From Hyphomicrobiales bacterium (GTDB lineage: Bacteria > Pseudomonadota > Alphaproteobacteria > Rhizobiales > Hyphomicrobiaceae): 61,376 nucleotides of DNA. The translations under genes were made by a program, and so were the position numbers. Below are positions 52,286 to 61,376 of this stretch, piece by piece. Numbering within the stretch: position 1 is the stretch's first letter; the number at the start of each line of letters is the position of its first letter. The notes under the pieces were generated by a model. It was not told the origin of the DNA. It did no database searches and was given only the letters and a program-made list of their open reading frames with translations. The stretch is from the NCBI GenBank assembly GCA_038329675.1, contig JBBQNE010000001.1, positions 1 to 61,376 on the forward strand, in the 5' to 3' direction.

Positions 52286-54439
52286 TCACATCAAGCGTCC
52301 TTCGGCGACGAGATCGATCGCGGTAGCGACGCGCGAGACGGCGTCTCTCAAACCGTCGCGCCGGGCCGGTGACAGCCGCTTGATCTCGACGCGCGGCGTT
52401 GGTGGAATTCCGTTGACAGTGTCGGCGAGCTGCTGATCGAGGATCTCGTCGAGTATAACGCCGTGAGCGGCAATCAGACGCTCGATCCGCTCGGCTTCGG
52501 CAGGGTGGTGCCCAGCGAACGCGCGGAGCCGGTCAGCCGTGGAGCGCGCCCGGTCACCGTGCCGGATCGCCAGGACGCGAGCCGCTGTAAAGATTGGTAA
52601 CAGGCCGTACTTCTTGAGGTCGATCCGCCCGTCGCGCTCGACGCGCAGTCCCCCAAGGATCGTCACCGGCGAGCGCCAAATCCGGGCCGTCTCTGTCAAC
52701 ATTTTCTGGAACGTGACCGAACCCCGTGCGGCCGCATGGGCCCGCGTGAACAGCCGCTCGCCCATTGCAAGGTCGCCGCTGACCGGGCTTCCGTCAAAGA
52801 AGATGTCGATGTTGAGAATGTCTTCTTGCCGCTGGCGTTGAACCCAACCGTCGATCGCCGCCTCGAACCGAGATAGCCCTAGGCGCCACTGCGGGTTGCG
52901 GGCCATGACGCCGCCTTTGCATAACGGGATACCAGCGTTGTCGAGTATCACGGCCATGTGCTCGGCCATATCCGCAAACCAAGTGTCCACCTCTCCACCG
53001 CAGTCGTCCTTGCCGGGTTCACCCCCAATGAGCTGACCCCCATCAGCCTGACCCGTATCGAAGACGATCGCGTTGTCCTGGTCGGCCGCGATGAGGCTCT
53101 CACCCCGGCCAGCCGACCCGAGAACCAGAACCGCATGCCGAGCTGGCGCGCCGCCACGCCCGGCTGAAACCATCCGCTGTTCAGCGATCGCCGCCGCACG
53201 GCGAGTGATGGCGCAGATTTCCGCGCTGATCACCTTCGCCACGTCGCGTGCCCCGACACCCTCGGCTCGCAGTGCCCGCGCCGCGCTCGGAACCATCGCC
53301 CACGCCCGGCCGAGGTCGCGCTCGTCGCACGCCTGTTCGACGGCATCGCCGAGCACCAGGGCCGCCGTCGCGCGATAGCGCAGCAAGTTGCGCGCGGTGA
53401 CAATGCCCGTGACCTCGCTGCCCTCGCCCATAGCAGCGAGATGGCGCACGCCGAGCCGGTCCATTCGGCCGATCGCGCGGTAGACGAAATCATCTTGTCC
53501 AACCGTCAGCAGAGGACGACTGGCCGCTTCGCGGACGCGCGCCTCAAGCCCGGCCGCGCCGCGCTTGTCGATGATTCTCAAAACGTCGCGCTCGGTGACG
53601 ATACCCGGCTCGCCATCGGCGAAGCGGACGAACACAGAGCTGATGCGCCGTTCCATCATCAGCGCGACGGCATCTGCGACGGGCAAGTCAGGCTCGACCC
53701 AAACCGGCGGCTTGGACATCACGTCGGTGACGCAGTGGACGTAGGAAAAGCTGTCGACGCGCGACAGATTCGCTAGCGGATCGCCGGGCGGAAGCGCGGC
53801 AAGCGGCCACGGAGAACTCACTGCCGTCGCCTCACGACGTTCGGCCATCACGCGGCACGCCGTCTCGGCCTCGGCCAGTGTCCGGATGCCCTGCTCGCGC
53901 AAAAGTGGTATCAGGGCGGCGAACACGCGCGCCGTCGTGACGGCATCGCCGAGCGCCGTATGGCGGCCTTCAATGACGATGCCGAATGCACCGGCCAACC
54001 GGTCGAGATCATGCTGGGCGACGCGGACCCGCGCGATTTCAGCCAACACCCGGACATCAAGTGCGCGCTTCGCCAGCCAGGCACGGCCCGCGAGCTTCGT
54101 CTCACGCTCGAGGATGGTCAAGTCGTAGCCAATCGTGTGACCGACGATAACGGCGCCGCCGACGAACGCATCAAAGTCGGCTGCCACGTCGGTAAATCGA
54201 GGAGCTGCCGCGACGTCGCCGTTAGAGATACCGTGCACAGCGGTTGTCGCCGGTGGAATGGGAATACCCGGGTTGACCAGCCGATCAAACCGCGGCTCGT
54301 CCAAGATCTCGCGCCCATGCATGCGGATGCCGCCGATCTGGACGATACGCGCAATCCGTAAATCGAGCCCGGTCGTCTCGGTGTCGATCACGGCAACGTC
54401 GAGGGCAACCAGCGGTGTGGCCGGGTTCGACTGGGGCAT
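52286..54439 (-). CDS. fusion protein: DEDDh 3'-5' exonuclease + CBS pair + DUF294 nucleotidyltransferase + DUF294_C
   Basis: Exo motifs VIDTETTGLD, VGHTIGYDLTIL and HTALGDAVTTARVF. Two CBS-like segments (GIVTERDVLRII and GIVTARNLLRY). NTase motif LGSAGRGESLIAADQDNAIVF. Confidence 0.75.
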   Translation of the reverse strand: MPQSNPATPLVALDVAVIDTETTGLDLRIARIVQIGGIRMHGREILDEPRFDRLVNPGIPIPPATTAVHGISNGDVAAAPRFTDVAADFDAFVGGAVIVGHTIGYDLTILERETKLAGRAWLAKRALDVRVLAEIARVRVAQHDLDRLAGAFGIVIEGRHTALGDAVTTARVFAALIPLLREQGIRTLAEAETACRVMAERREATAVSSPWPLAALPPGDPLANLSRVDSFSYVHCVTDVMSKPPVWVEPDLPVADAVALMMERRISSVFVRFADGEPGIVTERDVLRIIDKRGAAGLEARVREAASRPLLTVGQDDFVYRAIGRMDRLGVRHLAAMGEGSEVTGIVTARNLLRYRATAALVLGDAVEQACDERDLGRAWAMVPSAARALRAEGVGARDVAKVISAEICAITRRAAAIAEQRMVSAGRGGAPARHAVLVLGSAGRGESLIAADQDNAIVFDTGQADGGQLIGGEPGKDDCGGEVDTWFADMAEHMAVILDNAGIPLCKGGVMARNPQWRLGLSRFEAAIDGWVQRQRQEDILNIDIFFDGSPVSGDLAMGERLFTRAHAAARGSVTFQKMLTETARIWRSPVTILGGLRVERDGRIDLKKYGLLPIFTAARVLAIRHGDRARSTADRLRAFAGHHPAEAERIERLIAAHGVILDEILDQQLADTVNGIPPTPRVEIKRLSPARRDGLRDAVSRVATAIDLVAEGRLM

Positions 54440-54700
54440 GCGATCCGTCCTGAGGCGTAGCAGCAGCTCAAACCTGCCCCGTAAACGTTATCCTTAAATT
54501 GCGCCGGATCAACCCCAGACGAAGTCAAGGTGGGCGGCCCTGTTGTGGTCGCCAAAAGCACTTGCAGGAGAAGTGGCACCACGTGAGCCGGTATGGGAGC
54601 GCCGGGACGCTGCCGTGCCGTCCACCCGTGGAGATAAATCCGCCGACGTCAGCCGTTCGATCCGCCAGGTCGAGATGCAGCAGTCGATCCAAATAGAGGC

Positions 54701-57700
54701 CTATTCCGCGGCAACCTTGAACGGTGTGCCGACCGCCGCCGCGACCGTCGGATCGGCCTTGGTATCCGCATCCGTCTTCGCATCCGCCGTGCCCTCAGCC
54801 ACCGGCAGCTTAACGCGGAACCACGCCGCATAAAGCGCGGGCAGGAAGAACAGCGTCAGCACGGTTGCGACCGCTAAGCCGCCCATGATTGCGATCGCCA
54901 TCGGTCCCCAGAACACGCTTTTCGTTAGCGGGATCATGGCCAGGATCGCTGCAAGCGCGGTCAACACCACAGGCCGCGCCCGACGCACCGTGCTCTCGAT
55001 GATCGCGTCCCACGGCGACAGGCCATCGGCGAGGTCATGATCAATCTGGTCAACCAGAATGACGGTGTTGCGCATGATCATGCCAGCGAGCGCGATTACG
55101 CCCAGAATGGCGACAAACCCAAACGGCGCATTGAAAGCCAACAGTGCGGCGGCCGCGCCGATCAGCCCGAGCGGTGCTGTCAAAAAAACCAGGAACAGTT
55201 TGGAAAAACTCTGCAGCTGGAACATCAGCAGCGTCAGCATGACGAGGATCATCAGCGGGAACAATTGCAACAGCGCGACGTTTGCCTTGTCGCTCTCCTC
55301 AACAGCTCCACCAGTATCGATGCGGTAGCCCGAAGGAAGCGCTGACTTGATGGCCGCGAGCTTCGGCAGTAGCGCACTCGTTAAGGTCGGCGGCTGGACG
55401 CCAGCGGCAACATCGGTCCGCACCGTTAGCACCATATCGCGGTTGCGCCGCCACAGGATCGGCTCCTCGAAACCGTACGTCACGTTGGCAACGTGCGCGA
55501 CGGGTACGCTGCGACCATCACGCAGCGTGATCGTCAGATCGCCAACCCGGCCAAGGTCGCGGCGCTCTTCGGCGGTCGCCCGCGCCACGACGTTCAAGAT
55601 TTCGGTGCCCTCGCGGTATTCCGAGACGGTCGCCCCCGACAACAGCGTCTGCAAGGCCTGCGCGATATCGGCGGTGTTAAGCCCAAGCGCGCGCGCGCGG
55701 CTCTGATCCACCTCGATTGAAACGGATTTCGCCTGCTCGTTCCAGTCGAGATGCGGATCCATGGCGGCAGGTTCTGTGCGCATCACATCGCGCACCTGAT
55801 AGGCGATCTCGCGGACTTTCACCGGATCGGGTCCGACAACCCGGAATTGCACTGGAAAGCCGACCGGCGGGCCAAACACCAGCTGATCAATCCGCATCCG
55901 AGCTTCCGGCACCGCCCCATTATCGAACGCTGCTTGCAGCTTGGTCTTCAACCGGTCACGCGCGTCCGCATCGCGGGTCTGGATCAAGGTCTGCGCAAAA
56001 CTCGGGTTCGGCAATACCGGGTTGAGTGCCACGAAAAATCGCGGGCTGCCTTGGCCAACGTAAGTCGAATACGTCAGCACATCGGGGTCGCCGACAAGCA
56101 GCGCCTCGGCCTTTTTGGCCGCTGCCGCCGTCGCGCCGATCGAACTGCCCTCCGGCATCCGCGTTTCGATGAACAGTTCCCCGCGCGACGACGTCGGGAA
56201 GAATTGTTGCTGGACGAAGCCCATGCCGACGATCGCAGCGCCAAACGCCAGCACCGTCAGCGCGATCACCGAATAACGCCGCCGTACCGCCGTCGTCACG
56301 CCAGCCCTGAGCGTGCGGTAGGTGCGAGACTGGTAGAGGCTGGAATGATCATGGCCCCCGCTTGAAGCGTGCCCACCAGCGCCAGTCGTTGCGGCCTTGA
56401 AGTCCGGCAACAGCATCACGCCGAGGTAGGGCGTAAACACCACCGCCACGAACCACGAGACGACGAGCGCGATGCCGACCACCCAAAAAATGTTGCCCGC
56501 GTATTCACCCGCCGTCGAGGCTGCAAAACCAACCGGTAAGAAGCCAGCGATCGTCACAAGCGTTCCCGTCAGCATCGGGAATGCGGTCAACTCCCAAGCG
56601 AATGTTGCAGCCTTCAGCCGGTCGTAGCCCTGCTCCATTTTTACGACCATCATCTCGATAGCGATGATCGCATCGTCGACCAGCAGCCCGAGCGCGATAA
56701 TCAGCGCGCCAAGTGTAATGCGGTCGAAATTCATGCCAGCCGCCGCCATGACGACGAACACCACCGCCAGCACCAGCGGCACAGATAGCGCAACGACGAT
56801 CCCGGTGCGGAGCCCTAAAGAAAGCAGGCTAACCGCCAACACGATCGCGAGTGCTTCGGCGAATGAAACCAAAAATTCGCTAACCGCGCCCTCGACGATT
56901 TTGGGCTGGTCGAACACTTGCTCAATATCGAGACCCAGCGGCACGGTTTGGCGAAAGCCATCGATGGCCACTTTGAGCCGGGTGCCCAACTCTAAGACAT
57001 TGCCGCCAGCCGCCATTTCGACCGCAACGCCGACGGTCGGCTTGCCGCGGTGCGTCGCGTTGAAGAGTGGCGGGTCTTCCTCCGCACGGACAACGGTGGC
57101 GATATCGCCAAGATCAAAAGTCCGCCCGTTGGCCGTAACGGGAACCTTGCGAATTTCATCAAGGCTCTTGAAGGCACCATCGACGCGAACCGACACCCGA
57201 TCGGCGTCGGTTTCGATCTCGCCAGCGGCGACCACGGTGTTCTGGCGCCCGATCGCGTCAAAAATCGTTTGCGGCCCGATCCCTAGCGTGGCGAGCTTGC
57301 GATAGCTGACCTCGATATAGACCCGCTCAGGCACCTCGCCGACGAGGACGACTTTACCAGTCCCTGGCACGCGCAACATTTCCGTGCGCAGTCGTTCAGC
57401 ATAGGCCTTTAACTGCGGCCGCGTGAGGCCATCACTTGTCATCATGTAGATGGCGGAGAACACGTCGCCGAATTCGTCGTTAAACACGGGGCCGACCACG
57501 CCAGCTGGAAGCGCGCTGCGGCTGTCGGCGAATTTTTTTCGCACCTGGTACCAAACGTCGGCGACGGCTCGCCCGCGAATGTGGTCCTTAAGCTGGACAA
57601 GCATCACAGTTGCGCCCGGGCGTGAATAGGTCCGCACGAAGTCGAGCTGCGGTAGTTCTTGCAGTCGCTTTTCCAACGGCTCAGCGACCAATCGCTGGAT

Positions 57701-57883
57701 CTCTTCAGCCGGTGCGCCTGGCCAGAACGCCTGCACGATCATCGTCTTGATCGTGAAGGTCGGGTCCTCGGCGCGACCGAGGCGCAGGTAGGAGAATGCA
57801 CCAGCCAACGTGACAGCGATGATCAAGAACAACACGACAGAGCGGTGTCGTACGGCCCATGACGAAAGGTTGATCGATTGCAT
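54701..57883 (-). CDS. efflux RND transporter permease (AcrB family)
   Basis: 1060 aa, 12-TM AcrB-like architecture, N-terminal SSWAVRHRSVVLFLI. Confidence 0.9.
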   Translation of the reverse strand: MQSINLSSWAVRHRSVVLFLIIAVTLAGAFSYLRLGRAEDPTFTIKTMIVQAFWPGAPAEEIQRLVAEPLEKRLQELPQLDFVRTYSRPGATVMLVQLKDHIRGRAVADVWYQVRKKFADSRSALPAGVVGPVFNDEFGDVFSAIYMMTSDGLTRPQLKAYAERLRTEMLRVPGTGKVVLVGEVPERVYIEVSYRKLATLGIGPQTIFDAIGRQNTVVAAGEIETDADRVSVRVDGAFKSLDEIRKVPVTANGRTFDLGDIATVVRAEEDPPLFNATHRGKPTVGVAVEMAAGGNVLELGTRLKVAIDGFRQTVPLGLDIEQVFDQPKIVEGAVSEFLVSFAEALAIVLAVSLLSLGLRTGIVVALSVPLVLAVVFVVMAAAGMNFDRITLGALIIALGLLVDDAIIAIEMMVVKMEQGYDRLKAATFAWELTAFPMLTGTLVTIAGFLPVGFAASTAGEYAGNIFWVVGIALVVSWFVAVVFTPYLGVMLLPDFKAATTGAGGHASSGGHDHSSLYQSRTYRTLRAGVTTAVRRRYSVIALTVLAFGAAIVGMGFVQQQFFPTSSRGELFIETRMPEGSSIGATAAAAKKAEALLVGDPDVLTYSTYVGQGSPRFFVALNPVLPNPSFAQTLIQTRDADARDRLKTKLQAAFDNGAVPEARMRIDQLVFGPPVGFPVQFRVVGPDPVKVREIAYQVRDVMRTEPAAMDPHLDWNEQAKSVSIEVDQSRARALGLNTADIAQALQTLLSGATVSEYREGTEILNVVARATAEERRDLGRVGDLTITLRDGRSVPVAHVANVTYGFEEPILWRRNRDMVLTVRTDVAAGVQPPTLTSALLPKLAAIKSALPSGYRIDTGGAVEESDKANVALLQLFPLMILVMLTLLMFQLQSFSKLFLVFLTAPLGLIGAAAALLAFNAPFGFVAILGVIALAGMIMRNTVILVDQIDHDLADGLSPWDAIIESTVRRARPVVLTALAAILAMIPLTKSVFWGPMAIAIMGGLAVATVLTLFFLPALYAAWFRVKLPVAEGTADAKTDADTKADPTVAAAVGTPFKVAAE

Positions 57884-57910
57884 CGGCGCGCCTCCGGAGG
57901 CTGAATGAGA

Positions 57911-59083
57911 TCAGTTCGTGCTGGCGCGGACTTCGACCACTCGGACGGGTTGGCTGCCGTCGAGCCGGTGGACACCCATCGTGACAACTTTTTGCCCGGG
58001 CTCCAAACCACCTGAGACAATCACGCCACTTTGAGTGAGGCTGGCGATCGTCACGGCCACGCGCTTAACGCGGGTCTCGCCATCGAGCACGTACACGTGC
58101 GCAGAACGACCATCGTTCATCACGGCAGCCAACGGTAGCCGTGTGACGCGCTGGGCCTCCACCAAGCCCGAGCTTGATCCCGCGCTCGCGTTGGTGAGCG
58201 CTGGTGCCTTGGCTGCAAGATGCACGGTCGCGGTCCGGCCCAGGGCAAGGGCCGTCCCCGCAGGCAGAGAGAACTTGGCTTGATAGGTCCGCGTCACGGG
58301 ATCGGCCTCGGGCGAAACCTCACGCAAAGCCGCCGCAAGCCGTGTATCGGTCGCCGAATTCCACACACTGACGTCAGCCGACGCAGATTTGACAGCCGCC
58401 ACCATGTGTTCGGGAACGGCGACCGAAATTTCGAGTTCGCCCAATTGCGCAACGCGCACGACCGTCTGGCCAGCTGACACAACCTGACCGGCCTCCGCCG
58501 ACAATGATGTGACAACACCAGCTGCGGTTGCTTTTAGGCCCGTGTAGGCGAGTTGGTTGCGGGCGATGTCGAGGCTTCGCTCGGATCGCGACACCCGTGA
58601 TCGGGCCTCGTCTGCGGTGGCACGGCGCTGGTCAAACGCGGCTTGAGCCACGAACCCCTTAGTCAGCAGCGTCTTGAAACGACCTTCCGCCGCAACGGCC
58701 TGCTCTTGGTTGGTCCGGGCTGCCTTAAGTTCGGCCTCTTGGGCTTCAAGGCTCAGCCGCAAATCGGTCTCGTCGAGTTTGGCGATCAGCTGACCAACTG
58801 TAACGGCTTGCCCAATATCGACCTGGCGGCTGACGATTTTGCCACCGACGCGAAATCCGAGATCGCTCTCAAACCTGGGCCGCACCGTCCCGGTGTAGCT
58901 CCACGTATTGCCGGGCGCTTCAAACGTTACCGCCATCACCTGCACGGGCTGAACAGCAACCGTTGGTGCCTTCGATTTGGCAGCATCTTCGGTGCAGCCA
59001 GCGAGCACCAGCGCCAGCCCAACTGCAACAACGGCGATCAAAAGATTCGGCACGGACAACTCCGGTTGCCAAGTTAATGACAA
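57911..59083 (-). CDS. efflux RND periplasmic adaptor (MFP)
   Basis: Lipoprotein signal LALVLAGC, a coiled-coil hairpin and a beta-barrel region. The start is TTG 59083 or GVG-type GTG 59053. Confidence 0.85.
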   Translation of the reverse strand: MSLTWQPELSVPNLLIAVVAVGLALVLAGCTEDAAKSKAPTVAVQPVQVMAVTFEAPGNTWSYTGTVRPRFESDLGFRVGGKIVSRQVDIGQAVTVGQLIAKLDETDLRLSLEAQEAELKAARTNQEQAVAAEGRFKTLLTKGFVAQAAFDQRRATADEARSRVSRSERSLDIARNQLAYTGLKATAAGVVTSLSAEAGQVVSAGQTVVRVAQLGELEISVAVPEHMVAAVKSASADVSVWNSATDTRLAAALREVSPEADPVTRTYQAKFSLPAGTALALGRTATVHLAAKAPALTNASAGSSSGLVEAQRVTRLPLAAVMNDGRSAHVYVLDGETRVKRVAVTIASLTQSGVIVSGGLEPGQKVVTMGVHRLDGSQPVRVVEVRASTN

Positions 59084-59089
59084 TAACTT
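59071..59089. promoter_or_regulatory. candidate TetR operator
   Basis: Inverted repeat AAGTTA-N7-TAACTT in the divergent MFP/tetR region. Confidence 0.3.
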
Positions 59090-59205
59090 ATGTTAGCGCA
59101 ACTTACTCGTCAAGAATAAAGCGGGCTATCCGTGCTGCTGATCGCCGTGACAGTTTCGACAGATGTATTTCGCAACGCTCGCAAAAGGAGAGCAATACCA
59201 GCATA

Positions 59206-59835
59206 ATGGTAGCTATGGCCGAAACCCCCGCCGACATTCGCAAGCAGCGCTATCACCACGGCGACCTGCGCGGCGCCTTGATCGCGGCTGCCCGCGAGAT
59301 CGTGAATGCGCACGGCGCGGATGGCTTTTCATTGGCCGACGCCTGCCGTGTCGCTGGCGTGTCGACGGCGGCTCCCTACAAGCATTTCCGCGACAAGAAC
59401 GACATCTTGAAAGAGCTGATCATCCTCGGCATGGAGGAATTGCACGAATCGCGACATGCCGCGCTCGCCGTCCACGGCGGGATCAACCCGGCCGGAATCG
59501 CAGCGATGGGCCGAAACTACGTCGCGTTTGCCCGCCGCGAACCCGGGCTGTTTCGGCTTATGTTTGGGCTAGACCCGGAGTTGAAGTCCGACCCAAAGGT
59601 CGATCAGGTTTGCAAGACTTGCTTTGGCGGCGTGATCGAAACGGTTGGCATTTATTGCGCAACCCACGGCGTGTCCCACGACCCGCGGATCATCGCGCTG
59701 GAGCTGTGGGCGTTCGTTCACGGCGTCGCTGCGCTCGTTATCGACGGCGATTTCGATCGCATGGCGCCAGGCCTCGACACCGATGCGCTGATCGATGGAG
59801 CCGTACCCCGGCTGTTGCATTACCATAACCGATAA
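59206..59835 (+). CDS. TetR/AcrR family transcriptional regulator
   Basis: HTH FSLADACRVAGVSTAAPYKHFRDK. Divergent from the RND operon. ATG 59215 is an alternative start. Confidence 0.85.
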   Translation: MVAMAETPADIRKQRYHHGDLRGALIAAAREIVNAHGADGFSLADACRVAGVSTAAPYKHFRDKNDILKELIILGMEELHESRHAALAVHGGINPAGIAAMGRNYVAFARREPGLFRLMFGLDPELKSDPKVDQVCKTCFGGVIETVGIYCATHGVSHDPRIIALELWAFVHGVAALVIDGDFDRMAPGLDTDALIDGAVPRLLHYHNR

Positions 59836-60080
59836 AGGGCGACGGGTTTGTCCGTTGGCCTGGCGTCTCGGAACTGACCCCACGCGCATCAATCGCTGCC
59901 CCATGCTAAGCGCGCTGCTGCCTTGACGCGCAATATCTGCGTCCGTGTGGCGTTCGCGCACCTGTCGATTTTTTGCAGTCGTCACAGTCTCGCAAAAATA
60001 GTTGGACAGTCTCACTATCGCCATCTGCCGGGATCAGAGTTCGCGTGCTGGCGGGTCACCTTTGTGAGAACGGGTTAGTC

Positions 60081-60509
60081 ATGCGTCTTGTTACTCAACC
60101 TGGCGACGTGCAGCGCGCGGCAAGCCGACAGTCTGGCTCGCCGTCCGTCCCTGATCCCGGCATCGCCAGCTACTTTGTCTGGATGCGCCGGGAGACCGGT
60201 TTGTCGATCCACCAAACCGCCGCTATCCTCCACACCGAGGCCTATGTGATCGACGCGCTGGAGGCGGGCGATACGGCGAGTTTACCGGCGTGGCCGCAAA
60301 CCGCCCGCATCGTGCACGCCTATGCTGCCCTAACGGGCGTCGATGCGTCCGCGCCGCTTAATGCGATTTACGCCCGCTGGCCCGCCAACCTATCAAAGCC
60401 CAAACCGGCCCGTCGCAAGGTCGAAGCGGTCGATGCAGCCAAAACAAAACGAATTAAGGCGGCCATGAGCGTGCGTAATGCCAGCCGCCCGGTTTTTAAG
60501 TTCTGGTAG
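60081..60509 (+). CDS. hypothetical protein, possible HTH-like region
   Basis: RRETGLSIHQTAAILHTEAYVIDALEAGD resembles an XRE/RodZ-type HTH. The tail is basic. ORF trimmed to the ATG at 60081. Confidence 0.35.
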   Translation: MRLVTQPGDVQRAASRQSGSPSVPDPGIASYFVWMRRETGLSIHQTAAILHTEAYVIDALEAGDTASLPAWPQTARIVHAYAALTGVDASAPLNAIYARWPANLSKPKPARRKVEAVDAAKTKRIKAAMSVRNASRPVFKFW

Positions 60510-60715
60510 GGCCCGCGGCAACCGCGCCATTGGCTTAGGCGCATTAATAAAGTCGCCGCAAACGGCGACCAAACCAAGACGCTCCGTCATGAATTGGCCC
60601 GCGATCATGCCCGCGACCGGCCTCGCGAGCGTGATTGTCCCGATCGCCCGGTTAGTCCTATAAGCGCTGCCTTGGCGCCGGGAGAAGCCCGTCGCCTGAC
60701 GGATACGTTCGCTGC

Positions 60716-61376
60716 ATGTCACTCCCGCGCGAAAAACTTGATCGCCTTGTCGAACGCCATGAGGTCATCCAGGCCGAACTCAACGCTGGCGCGTCCCAAG
60801 CCGCCTACGCTCGACTGACGAAAGAATTCTCCGATCTGTCCCCCGTCGTTGCCGCGATCAACAGTTACTATGCGACCGAACGAGAGGCCCGTGAGTTGGT
60901 CGCCCTCGCCGACGATCCAGCCGCCGACCGCGAAATGGCAAGCTTGGCCCGCGAGGAACTGTTCGCGTCTGAAGCGCGCCTCACCGACCTCGAACGGCAA
61001 TTGCGGCTCGAACTTCTGCCCAAAGACGCCGCCGACCAGGGTAGCGCAATTCTTGAGGTCCGGGCCGGCACAGGTGGCGACGAAGCGGCACTTTTTGCCG
61101 CCGACTTGTTTCGCATGTACCAGCGCTACGCCGATCTCAAAGGGTGGAAGACCGACGTGATCTCGACCTCGGAAAACGACCTGGGCGGCTACAAGGAAAT
61201 CGTGGCCGCGATCAACGGGGCGGGTGTGTTTGCCAAACTGAAATTTGAATCGGGCGTCCACCGTGTGCAGCGCGTGCCCGCCACCGAAACCCAAGGCCGC
61301 ATCCATACGTCTGCTGCGACCGTCGCCGTGTTACCAGAGGCCGAGGACGTCGAGATCGAGATCCGCGACCAGGATA
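60716..61376 (+). CDS. prfA: peptide chain release factor 1 (partial, runs off the window end)
   Basis: Not in the ORF track because there is no stop within the window. My translation from ATG 60716: [22 protein letters not shown]...[22 protein letters not shown]...[29 protein letters not shown], which includes the RF1-type PAT tripeptide. Confidence 0.9.
   Translation, partial: MSLPREKLDRLVERHEVIQAELNAGASQAAYARLTKEFSDLSPVVAAINSYYATEREARELVALADDPAADREMASLAREELFASEARLTDLERQLRLELLPKDAADQGSAILEVRAGTGGDEAALFAADLFRMYQRYADLKGWKTDVISTSENDLGGYKEIVAAINGAGVFAKLKFESGVHRVQRVPATETQGRIHTSAATVAVLPEAEDVEIEIRDQD

Overview
High-GC chromosomal segment with the gene content and order of an alphaproteobacterium, probably Hyphomicrobiales/Rhizobiales-like (this placement is an inference from synteny and a Porin_2-type porin). 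It covers the origin-proximal core. The left arm holds hyi, fbp-prk, an alternative oxidase, smr, mltA, a Tim44-like gene, fxsA, secB, dnaQ, coaE, aroE, maf and a DUF299/PpsR-like gene. A 459-bp non-coding gap next to hemE is the best candidate for oriC. The right arm holds hemE, hemJ, DUF2794, BI-1, tesA/ybbA/ybbP-like genes, rho, htpG, dcp, mnmE-mnmG-rsmG-parA-parB, hisE, coaA, an adenosine kinase, holA, lptE, leuS, fic, yggS, a porin, sdhCDA, an RND efflux operon with a TetR regulator, and the start of prfA. I saw no rRNA, tRNA, CRISPR array, IS element or integrase. Observations worth a second look: (1) a roughly 215-bp array of ATGTCGAC-type motifs with ~72-bp higher-order periodicity between leuS and a Fic gene; (2) a 24-bp perfect duplication of the rho 3' end bracketing a 1.3-kb insert carrying GNAT and DUF3892 genes; (3) an in-frame TAG replacing a conserved Gln codon in otherwise intact leuS; (4) four parS sites around mnmE/mnmG/rsmG; (5) a candidate antisense-oriented sRNA with a canonical intrinsic terminator in the hemJ-DUF2794 gap; (6) a fused DEDDh exonuclease-CBS-DUF294 nucleotidyltransferase protein; (7) several perfect in-frame short tandem repeats inside housekeeping genes. 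All calls come from reading the sequence and ORF translations by eye; no searches or computations were run.
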